From positions 360-64,359 of the forward strand of contig JAJECO010000095.1 of NCBI GenBank assembly GCA_022822005.1: a stretch of DNA of 64,000 nucleotides. Direction: 5' to 3'. The position numbers and the translations under genes are program-made. The stretch comes from Candidatus Poribacteria bacterium (GTDB lineage Bacteria > Poribacteria > WGA-4E > PCPOR2b). The notes below the pieces were generated by a model. The model saw only the letters and a program-made list of their open reading frames with translations, made no database searches and was not told where the DNA came from. Below, in pieces: positions 8,428 to 16,147 of this stretch. The number at the start of each line of letters is the position of its first letter. Position 1 is the first letter of the stretch.

Positions 8428-10425
8428 TTGGCAAGAGAAAGGGTGTCGCAAGCAGAAGAGTGGCAAGCTTGGGCACAGCGTTATGATGTTGAGGGTGGTT
8501 TAAGAACCTTTGAGTCCGGCTTAACTCTCAAAGTCTTTCTGGGCGCAATCTTCATCGGATTATTGATGATGCCGGGTTCAATCTATCTGACACTGGTTGC
8601 AGGTCAGTCGGGCGCGGGTGCTGCGCCTTGGGTAGCGGTTATTCTGTTTACAGAATTGGCACGCCGGTCTTTCACAACTGCAAGGAGACAAGAACTTTAC
8701 ATTTTGCTGGGGTTAACCGGCATGGCAGTTGGCTCTGGAATCCAATATCGTGCCTATCCATTTGTCTGGTACGCCTACTTTATCAACACACCGCAGGCAC
8801 AGTCGTATGAAATCGCGGACAAAGTCCCCTATTGGGTCGCACCTGCGAAGGACGCGGTGGCGATTGCAGAGCGTTCGCTCTTGCACATGGACTGGTTCTG
8901 GCCCCTTGCGATCTTTTTAGTCATGAAGTTGCTGGCAGAGGTTCGCTATATTAGCGCGAGCTACTTTCTGTTCCGTCTGACAGCAGATTTAGAGCGACTC
9001 CCCTACCCGTTGGCACCGATTCAGGCACAGGGTGCGACCGCATTAGCCGAAACCACCGGACAGGGGGAAACATGGCGTTGGCGTGTCTTTTCAATCGGAT
9101 CCATGGCGGGACTGTTCTGGGGGTTTTTCTATATCGGTATTCCCGCGCTCACAGGCGTGATGATGTCAACACCGATACAGATTCTGAAAATTCCATTTAT
9201 CGACTTCACCCCAAGTATCGAAAGTTTTGCGCCGTCGGGTATGTTTGCCCTATGGACAGATTTTGGACTGATGCTACAAGGGTTCGTGCTGCCGTTTCCA
9301 CTCATTATAAGCGAATTCGCTGCCGCGATGTTCACGCAATTTATTCTGAATCCGCGAATCCTTTATCCATTGGAGATCCTACATCAGTGGCGTCCGGGCT
9401 TGGATATGCGTGGTGTTAAGTTGTTTAATGACCTTGATTTCTGGTTGAGTTTCAATATGGGCAAATCCTTCAGCTTCGCCGCTGTTGGTTTGGCAGCGTC
9501 CATCCCAATCATGTTGAGCCTCAGAAAAACAAAACAACAAGACGCTGGCGCGCGAGGCTCGCTGCAGACGCCGCCGGGCCGCGGCGATTTCCCAATCTGG
9601 CTGATGGGCGGTCTGTGGGGTCTCAGCATGGTGGTTTATGTGTGGATTGTGCATCGGATGGTGCCAAACTTCCCGGTTTCATTCTTGCTCGGCTTTGCCT
9701 TTCTGTACACACCGTTGCATTCCTATATCAACGCACGAACATTCGGGGTGTTAGGACGACCGCTCTTTGTGCTGCCTTACATCCATCAGGCAACTTTTAT
9801 TTTAAGCCGCTACGAAGAGATCGATATCTGGTTTGTCCACCTCCCAGATGAGGATTACGGCGCGGGTACACAGCATTGGCGTGTGCTTGAATTGACAGGT
9901 ACAACCTTCACCAGCGATGTGCTTGGGCGAGCGTTGATGGTGCCGCTCTTGATCGTCGCGACGATCGTGGTCTGGCATTTTATATGGCAGATCGCGCCTA
10001 TCCCGTCCTCACAGTATCCTTTTGCACAGACATGGTGGCCCCTCTACGCAACCGATGAAGCCCTCTGGAAAACCTCACTCCGAGATGGAAATAGCCAGAT
10101 GCTACAAGCCATTCGCGGCGATTACGTGTCAGCTGGCTTTACCTCCTCAGTAGCAATTTACGGCATTCTCTGGATGGCAAAGGCACCAAGTATGTGGTTC
10201 TACGGAATTGTTGGGGGAATCGGTCAAGACCCAGGCATGATGGTTCCACGCGTTGTCGGCGCACTCATCGGTCGGTTCTACATGATCAAACAGTTCGGCC
10301 TGAAACGCTGGTTCATGTATAACCCCGTCTTGGCGGCAGGCTTCATCTGTGGCGTCGGGCTTGTTGGTATGGGCACGGTTGCGATCGCGTTGGTTTCCAA
10401 AGCGGTGATTGTCAAGCCGTTTTAG
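8428..10425 (+). CDS. OPT/YSL-like polytopic peptide transporter, paralogue 1
   Basis: TTG 8428 after AAAGGAG gives an N-terminus matching paralogue 2 (ARERV.QAEEWQ); many TM segments; OPT-like N-terminal motif LTLKVFLGA.F.GLLMMPGSIYL. Confidence 0.7.
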   Translation: MARERVSQAEEWQAWAQRYDVEGGLRTFESGLTLKVFLGAIFIGLLMMPGSIYLTLVAGQSGAGAAPWVAVILFTELARRSFTTARRQELYILLGLTGMAVGSGIQYRAYPFVWYAYFINTPQAQSYEIADKVPYWVAPAKDAVAIAERSLLHMDWFWPLAIFLVMKLLAEVRYISASYFLFRLTADLERLPYPLAPIQAQGATALAETTGQGETWRWRVFSIGSMAGLFWGFFYIGIPALTGVMMSTPIQILKIPFIDFTPSIESFAPSGMFALWTDFGLMLQGFVLPFPLIISEFAAAMFTQFILNPRILYPLEILHQWRPGLDMRGVKLFNDLDFWLSFNMGKSFSFAAVGLAASIPIMLSLRKTKQQDAGARGSLQTPPGRGDFPIWLMGGLWGLSMVVYVWIVHRMVPNFPVSFLLGFAFLYTPLHSYINARTFGVLGRPLFVLPYIHQATFILSRYEEIDIWFVHLPDEDYGAGTQHWRVLELTGTTFTSDVLGRALMVPLLIVATIVVWHFIWQIAPIPSSQYPFAQTWWPLYATDEALWKTSLRDGNSQMLQAIRGDYVSAGFTSSVAIYGILWMAKAPSMWFYGIVGGIGQDPGMMVPRVVGALIGRFYMIKQFGLKRWFMYNPVLAAGFICGVGLVGMGTVAIALVSKAVIVKPF

Positions 10426-10882
10426 TTCATTGGTGCACCAGCGCATTTGGACTTACGCAAAAACAAATCTCCGATCGAATAAGTAGATTGAGATTCAGAT
10501 CTCGATATCCAACTCAGACTGAGCATAGCTGAAGTCCCTACTGCGATGAGTGTTTGGACAGTCTTTTTTTCATTACAAAGGCAGAATTAGCCGGAGGGCC
10601 TATTGGTGCGCGATGGCGGTGCGTATAATATTTTTCTGTATTTGCCCACTTGTTTTCGTCGTTACTATTGAGCCATTACGCCTTATGGTAGATTTTAGAA
10701 TTACCTAGACACCCCAATGCACGGCCAACTTCCTAAATCCCCTTACTCAACCGTCCCGCCTGTACCGATCTTATCGGGGAAACCAAAGGTCGGCGTTATT
10801 GGTAAGTGTTTACGTATTTTTCTAATTCACTATAGTTATGAACCAATGAGTTCCTGTACCAATGAACTCCTGAAAAATGCAC
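10425..10882. repeat. Octamer-bracketed non-coding insert between the OPT paralogues
   Basis: Left gttcattg gtgcacca starts in the TAG stop; right array ttatgaac caatgagt tcctgtac caatgaac tcctgaaa (10836-10875); contains a REP (10483-10506) and a MITE copy. Confidence 0.7.
10684..10834. mobile_element. MITE copy 1 (diverged, 151 bp)
   Basis: Ends tatggtag...aattcactata and internal aaggtcgg.gttattggtaa.tgt align with 25278-25447 and 31732-31940. Confidence 0.65.
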
Positions 10883-10892
10883 CCGAGTTATT

Positions 10893-12890
10893 ATGGCAAG
10901 AGAACGAGTTACACAAGCAGAAGAGTGGCAGGTCTGGGCGCAGCGCTACGATATAGATGGTGGTATCCGCACCTTTGAGTCGGGATTAACACTGAAGGTC
11001 TTTCTGGGCGCACTTTTTGTCGGCTTGCTAATGATGCCGGGATCAATCTACCTGACTTTAGTCTCCGGTCAGTCGGGGGCTGGGGCGGCGCCGTGGGTTG
11101 CGGTTATCCTGTTCACGGAGTTGGCGCGTAGATCTTTTACAACCGCTCGGCGACAAGAGCTTTATATGTTACTCGGACTCACCGGTGCAGCGGTCGGGTC
11201 TGGGGGGCAGTATCGCGGCTTTATCTGGTACGCCTATTTTGTCAATACGGCACAAGCTGCGTCGTATGAAATTGCGGATAAGATCCCCTTCTGGGTTGTG
11301 CCGCCGAAAGATGCGTTAGCAATTGCAGAGCGTTCGCTCTTGCACATGGACTGGTTTTGGCCGATTGCATTCTTCCTGATATTCAAGTTGCTGGGAGAGC
11401 TCCGCTATATCAGTGCGGGCTACTTTCTGTTTCGTCTGACAGCGGACATGGAGCGGCTTCCCTACCCGATGGCACCCATCGAAGCGCAGGGCGCGACCGC
11501 CTTGGCAGAGACTACGGGCCGTGTGGAAACGTGGCGTTGGCGTGTCTTTTCGGTCGGATCTATGGCGGGGCTGATCTGGGGCTTTATTTATATCGGTGTC
11601 CCCTCACTCACGGGGGTGATGATGTCAACGCCGATACAACTCCTCAAGATTCCATTTATTGACTTTACAAATGTAATCGAGGAAATTGCGCCAACGGGTG
11701 TGTTCGCACTATCGACGGACTTTGGAGCGGTCCTTACAGGTTTTGTGCTGCCATTCCCCGTTATCATGACGGAACTGGCGGGGGCGTTCTTCACCCAGTT
11801 TATCCTGAATCCACGCCTCCTTTATCCAGCGGAGATCCTGCATCAGTGGCGTCCCGGCTTAGATGTCCGTGGCACCGGTTTGTACAACGGTCTCGATTTC
11901 TGGATCAGCTTCGGGATGGGCAAATCTTTCAGTTTCGCTCTCGTCGGCATGGCAGCCTCGATTCCGATGGTGTTAAAGTTTAAGCAAGTCCGACAGGAAC
12001 AGGCGGGGGCAGGCAGATCGTTACAAGCACCTCCCCCGGGACGCGGTGATTTTCCACTCTGGTTGATGGCGATCCTATGGCTCTTTGGGATGGGGACTTT
12101 CATCTATATTGTCCACACCTATATGGTGCCGAATTTCCCGTTGGTCTTCCTACTTGGTTTTGCGTTTTTGTACACCCCGGTCAATTCATACATCACCGCA
12201 CGGACGTATGGGATTCTTGGTCGTGACCTTTTCGAGATTCCTTATCTCCACGAAACGACATTTATTTTGAGCCGCTATGAGGAGATTGATATTTGGTTCG
12301 TCCCTCTGCCGGATGAAGACTATGGCCGTGGGACACAGAGTTGGCGTGTCCTTGAATTGACAGGTACCACCTTCACCAGTAGTATCGCTGCGCGATTGCT
12401 GCTTATGCCGATCTTGATTGTCTCTGGAATTGTGGTTTGGCATTTTATTTGGAAAGTTGCGCCAATTCCGTCTGCACAATATCCTTTTGCGCAGACGTGG
12501 TGGCCTCTCTATGCGACCAACGAAAGTCTCTGGAAAACCTCGCTTCGAGACGGAAACAGCCAGATGTTGCAAGCCATTCGTGGAAACTATGTGGCGGCAG
12601 GTTTCACCTCTTCGTTGGCAATCTACGGTCTGCTCTGGGTGGCAAAGATGCCGAGTATGTGGTTCTACGGAATTGTTGGGGGAATCGGTGCAGATCCCGG
12701 CATGATGCTGCCGAAGGTGATGGGAGCGATTATTGGTCGGTTTTACATGATAAAGAAATTCGGTCTGAAACGATGGTTCATGTTTAACCCCGTTTTGGCG
12801 GCAGGCTTTACTTGCGGTGTTGGGCTGATTGGGATGGGAACGGTTGCAGTTGCACTGGTGTCCAAAGCAGTCATCGTAAAGCCATTTTAG
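10893..12890 (+). CDS. OPT/YSL-like polytopic peptide transporter, paralogue 2
   Basis: 665 aa, co-linear with and highly similar to 8428-10425 over the full length. Confidence 0.7.
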   Translation: MARERVTQAEEWQVWAQRYDIDGGIRTFESGLTLKVFLGALFVGLLMMPGSIYLTLVSGQSGAGAAPWVAVILFTELARRSFTTARRQELYMLLGLTGAAVGSGGQYRGFIWYAYFVNTAQAASYEIADKIPFWVVPPKDALAIAERSLLHMDWFWPIAFFLIFKLLGELRYISAGYFLFRLTADMERLPYPMAPIEAQGATALAETTGRVETWRWRVFSVGSMAGLIWGFIYIGVPSLTGVMMSTPIQLLKIPFIDFTNVIEEIAPTGVFALSTDFGAVLTGFVLPFPVIMTELAGAFFTQFILNPRLLYPAEILHQWRPGLDVRGTGLYNGLDFWISFGMGKSFSFALVGMAASIPMVLKFKQVRQEQAGAGRSLQAPPPGRGDFPLWLMAILWLFGMGTFIYIVHTYMVPNFPLVFLLGFAFLYTPVNSYITARTYGILGRDLFEIPYLHETTFILSRYEEIDIWFVPLPDEDYGRGTQSWRVLELTGTTFTSSIAARLLLMPILIVSGIVVWHFIWKVAPIPSAQYPFAQTWWPLYATNESLWKTSLRDGNSQMLQAIRGNYVAAGFTSSLAIYGLLWVAKMPSMWFYGIVGGIGADPGMMLPKVMGAIIGRFYMIKKFGLKRWFMFNPVLAAGFTCGVGLIGMGTVAVALVSKAVIVKPF

Positions 12891-12921
12891 TTCATTGGTT
12901 CACTAGTGCATTAGTTCATTA
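12890..12921. repeat. Left tandem octamer array (GTTCATTG-type)
   Basis: gttcattg gttcacta gtgcatta gttcatta, starting in the TAG stop codon. Confidence 0.8.
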
Positions 12922-12941
12922 AGGGCACTTTGAGATGAGAG

Positions 12942-13337
12942 TTGGATATGTTTAAGAAGACAGAACAACTCTGTGATGAAATTTGGGAAGTCGTAGCAAA
13001 ATGGGACGGTTTTGCAAGAGATACCATCGGCAAACCACTAGTCCGTAGTACGGATTCGAGAGGCGCAAACTTGGCAGAAGGAGACGGGCGATACCACTTC
13101 AAAGAAAAACTAAACTTCTACTACATTGCACGGTGCCCATTAAAGGAAACTGGCTACTGGCTGCGGCGGGCCCAGAATCGCCGATTGCTCACTCCAGGCC
13201 AAACTGCTCACCTGCTCAATCGTATGCAATCCGTGCACCGATGGATTAACAGTGTGATTGGACAACGCCGCCAATGGACCGCCCAATTACGCGAACAAAC
13301 TGACGAATACAGTATTAACGAATCATTAAACCTGTAA
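12942..13337 (+). CDS. Four-helix-bundle protein (TIGR02436/PF05635-like), second subfamily, possibly decaying
   Basis: DEIWEVVAKWDGFARDTIGKPLVRSTDSRGANLAEGDGRY..KEKLNFYYIAR..LKET.YWL matches the family pattern; the 5' end looks frameshifted (H-F-E then a 4-nt shift before E-L-D-M-F-K). Confidence 0.75.
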   Translation: MDMFKKTEQLCDEIWEVVAKWDGFARDTIGKPLVRSTDSRGANLAEGDGRYHFKEKLNFYYIARCPLKETGYWLRRAQNRRLLTPGQTAHLLNRMQSVHRWINSVIGQRRQWTAQLREQTDEYSINESLNL

Positions 13338-13350
13338 CCAATGAACCAAT
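13316..13350. repeat. Right (inverted) octamer array
   Basis: taacgaat cattaaac ctgtaac caatgaac caat; aaccaatgaac is the reverse complement of gttcattggtt in the left array. Confidence 0.7.
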
Positions 13351-13351
13351 T

Positions 13352-14281
13352 ATGAAATGGACAACTTTAGGGTGGAATGGCATTACCGTCGAGCTTCCTG
13401 AGGATTGGGAGTTGAGCGGATTATCTGGCGATGACAAAAGCGGGTATTTGCGCCTTGAGGACGCTGATATGCCGCGCCTTGAGTTAAAGTGGTCTGAGTC
13501 AAAGCAGAAGAAGCCGGATCTCCAACGCGTTCTCGACGACTATTTTAAGCTTGTTCGAAAAAATTATAAGCGTAGAGACACAAACCTCCACATCCAGCGT
13601 AATATTAATCTGATCAAGGACCCGCAGTTTTTCGAGGATCGAGAGGTTGCTTTCTTCAACTGGAAGGGGGAGATTCGGGCGACCGGCGTCATCTTCCACT
13701 GCCAGATCTGTAAGCGGATCACAATTGTGCAGGTTATGGGGCATCTCAAGGAAAATATTAAAGAAACAACCAACCGCATTCTGACTTCTGTTCAAGATCA
13801 CCCCGTAGGACAGACAACGCTTTGGAGTGCCTACCAACTCAATGCAGAAGTCCCGCGACGGTATCGGCTTGACAAGCATAAACTGCTGTCCGGCTATCTA
13901 CTTTTTTCATTCGTAGATGGCAGCCGAAAGGTTAGCATTGAACGGTATGGGGTCGCAGATGTAACCCTGAAGGAACAGGATCTTGAGGAGTGGTTTCGAG
14001 CAAGATATGCGAAAGCTATCCGTGGATATGGCTTCTCAATTGAATCCAGTAACGGTGAGGCGGATGAGAAACTAAAGTTAATCGGGGAGGAAACCCGTCT
14101 TATAGACCGCGTGCCCCTCGCGCCCGCTCTGGTTATGGATAAGGTCATGCGTCGTAAAACTTTTGCCGCTAACCTCTGGCGTTGTCATCACTCAAATCGG
14201 ATTTACGTCGTACAAGCAATTGCGAAGCAGGATGCAGCGAAGACTGCAGAAGAGATTGCGGCGAGTATCCGGCGTCATTAA
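13352..14281 (+). CDS. Uncharacterised soluble protein (309 aa)
   Basis: Long ORF in the operon with no signal peptide or TM segment; family not recognised. Confidence 0.75.
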   Translation: MKWTTLGWNGITVELPEDWELSGLSGDDKSGYLRLEDADMPRLELKWSESKQKKPDLQRVLDDYFKLVRKNYKRRDTNLHIQRNINLIKDPQFFEDREVAFFNWKGEIRATGVIFHCQICKRITIVQVMGHLKENIKETTNRILTSVQDHPVGQTTLWSAYQLNAEVPRRYRLDKHKLLSGYLLFSFVDGSRKVSIERYGVADVTLKEQDLEEWFRARYAKAIRGYGFSIESSNGEADEKLKLIGEETRLIDRVPLAPALVMDKVMRRKTFAANLWRCHHSNRIYVVQAIAKQDAAKTAEEIAASIRRH

Positions 14282-14309
14282 CGAGTGAAACGTGAAACGT
14301 GATGCGTGA
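14281..14309. repeat. Left tandem heptamer array (4 units)
   Basis: acgagtg aaacgtg aaacgtg atgcgtg a. Confidence 0.85.
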
Positions 14310-14325
14310 CAGGAAATGTACTCGG

Positions 14326-14796
14326 ATGAACTATGAAGAATGGGAACATTCAGTTTCTGCTGAAATTATCAAGGATTCTTTATGGAAGATGGAGGCTTAT
14401 CGTCTGGGATTATTTGCTGCGGATGTGGGGTGGCATGACGCAACTAAACTGATGCGGGATAAACGTACGCTTGAATTGTCAGACCAACTCTACCGAGCAC
14501 TGGGTTCTATCAGTGCGAATCTCGCCGAAGGCTATTCACGCGGCACCGGCAGGGATAGAGCTCGTTTCTATGAATACGCGCTCGGTTCCGCTAGAGAAAG
14601 CCGGGATTGGTACTACAAGGGGCGACACATATTGGGTCCAGCGGTTACTACTCATCGTCTGAGTCTGCTTACCCAAATTATTCGGCTGCTACTGACGATG
14701 GTTCCACAACAACGTCAGGAAATTCTACATGAGACCCGATATACCTACAAAATGGAAAACATGAATCCTATTTTACAAAATATTCCCTTCTCCTAA
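14326..14796 (+). CDS. Four-helix-bundle protein (TIGR02436/PF05635, 23S-IVS/Avd-like), intact
   Basis: SDQLYRALGSISANLAEGYSRGTGRDRARFYEYALGSARESRDWY family motif; ATG 14326 (the track's 14299 start reads through the repeats). Confidence 0.85.
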   Translation: MNYEEWEHSVSAEIIKDSLWKMEAYRLGLFAADVGWHDATKLMRDKRTLELSDQLYRALGSISANLAEGYSRGTGRDRARFYEYALGSARESRDWYYKGRHILGPAVTTHRLSLLTQIIRLLLTMVPQQRQEILHETRYTYKMENMNPILQNIPFS

Positions 14797-14825
14797 TCAC
14801 GTTTCACGTTTTACGTTTCACGTTC
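14797..14825. repeat. Right (inverted) heptamer array (4 units)
   Basis: t cacgttt cacgttt tacgttt cacgttc; can pair with 14284-14309 at 22/26 Watson-Crick plus 2 G-U. Confidence 0.85.
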
Positions 14826-14846
14826 ACTAATGAACCGAATACGCCG

Positions 14847-15263
14847 ATGATTAACACAATCCTTTACAAACTCCGACTAAAGAAACCCCCAGAATCCCAA
14901 CTGGATCGCGCAGATATCTTACAATCGTTGCCGCTGCGCAATCAGTTAATCGAGTGGGAGGTCGATGACAAGGGGGAAGTTGCGCTGGTAATCCCTCAGA
15001 AGGAGACGGTGTGGCTGCGGTTAGTGGCAAAACTGTTTATGCTGCCTCCCAACCGTGTGGTCGTCTTAGATGATGTCGGGGGTTTTGTGTGGCAACTGTG
15101 CGACGGACATAACTCCATCGGTCATATTGTCAAGCAGCTTAGTGGAAAGTATCGCATGACGAGAAAAGAGGCAGAGACATCGCTGTTCACGTTTATGCGG
15201 CAGTTAGGTAAGCGGGGAATGGTAGGATTTGCGGTTCCCCAAAACGCGAAGAAAGGAAAGTAA
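14847..15263 (+). CDS. PqqD-family (RRE-like) protein
   Basis: VVLDDVGGFVWQLCDGHNSIGHIVKQLSGKY..TRKEAETSLFTFMRQLGKRGMV matches the PqqD winged-helix pattern. Confidence 0.8.
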   Translation: MINTILYKLRLKKPPESQLDRADILQSLPLRNQLIEWEVDDKGEVALVIPQKETVWLRLVAKLFMLPPNRVVVLDDVGGFVWQLCDGHNSIGHIVKQLSGKYRMTRKEAETSLFTFMRQLGKRGMVGFAVPQNAKKGK

Positions 15264-15267
15264 CAAA

Positions 15268-16092
15268 ATGGCAGAATTAGAAGGTTTAGCTCCGGAAACA
15301 GCGGCGCATACCGCCGTTCCGACGGAAACGCCCGCACGATTTGCACGGGATCTACCCAAGGAAAACACAGTACGGGTGAGGAACCTGATCAAGAAATATG
15401 AGATGGGCACCACCGTCGTTGAGGCGTTGCGAGGCACCAATTTTGAGATTCGCCGTGGTGAATATATCTCCATTATGGGACCATCAGGTTCCGGTAAATC
15501 AACACTTTTCAACATGATTGGTGGGTTGGACAAACCAACAGAAGGCAGGGTCTACATCGATGAGGTGGACATCGCTCAACTGGATGCCTATGAATTGGCG
15601 TGGCTGCGCTGCCGCAAAATCGGTTACATTTTCCAGTCGTTCAACCTAATCCCGGTGATGACCGCCCTCGAAAATGTGTCGCTTCCTATGATTTTCGCAG
15701 GGATGACCGCTGATGATAGCCGTACAAAAGCCATTGAACTGCTAACCACTGTGGGGTTAGGAGAGCGGGTCCAGCATAAACCGCTTGAACTCTCAGGTGG
15801 TCAGCAACAGCGTGTTGCAGTGGCGCGTTCCCTCGCAAACGATCCCGCAATCGTGCTTGCAGATGAACCGACGGGAAACCTTGATACACGGACTGGACTT
15901 GAGATCATCGACCTCCTAAAAAGGCTGAACGAGGAGAACGGGGTCACGATTATCACAGCTACCCACGATACAAAGATGCTCGATGTGTCGGATCGAATTT
16001 TTTACATGGCGGATGGCAAAATTGACAAGATGGAGACCCGCGAAGAGATCGATCTGCAGGTTGGTAGGCTTGACGGTGAGGAAGTTGGATAG
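15268..16092 (+). CDS. LolD/MacB-type ABC transporter ATP-binding protein
   Basis: GPSGSGKST, GYIFQSFNLIP, LSGGQQQRVAVAR, VLADEPTGNLD, ATHD. Confidence 0.95.
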   Translation: MAELEGLAPETAAHTAVPTETPARFARDLPKENTVRVRNLIKKYEMGTTVVEALRGTNFEIRRGEYISIMGPSGSGKSTLFNMIGGLDKPTEGRVYIDEVDIAQLDAYELAWLRCRKIGYIFQSFNLIPVMTALENVSLPMIFAGMTADDSRTKAIELLTTVGLGERVQHKPLELSGGQQQRVAVARSLANDPAIVLADEPTGNLDTRTGLEIIDLLKRLNEENGVTIITATHDTKMLDVSDRIFYMADGKIDKMETREEIDLQVGRLDGEEVG

Positions 16093-16095
16093 GAA

Positions 16096-16147
16096 TGAAA
16101 CGTGAAACGTAAAGCACGAACAATCCGCACACATCACGTCTCACGTC
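16096..16147. repeat. Empty heptamer cassette / hairpin between convergent genes (possible terminator)
   Basis: tgaaacgtgaaacgtaaa, about 20 nt, then tcacgtctcacgtc. Confidence 0.7.

Noticed and set aside
7633-14796. Diversity-generating retroelement (Avd-like genes)
   Set aside because: No reverse transcriptase and no TR/VR pair differing at adenines in the window
7633-14796. 23S rRNA gene with intervening sequences
   Set aside because: The four-helix genes are flanked by protein-coding genes; no rRNA sequence was recognised
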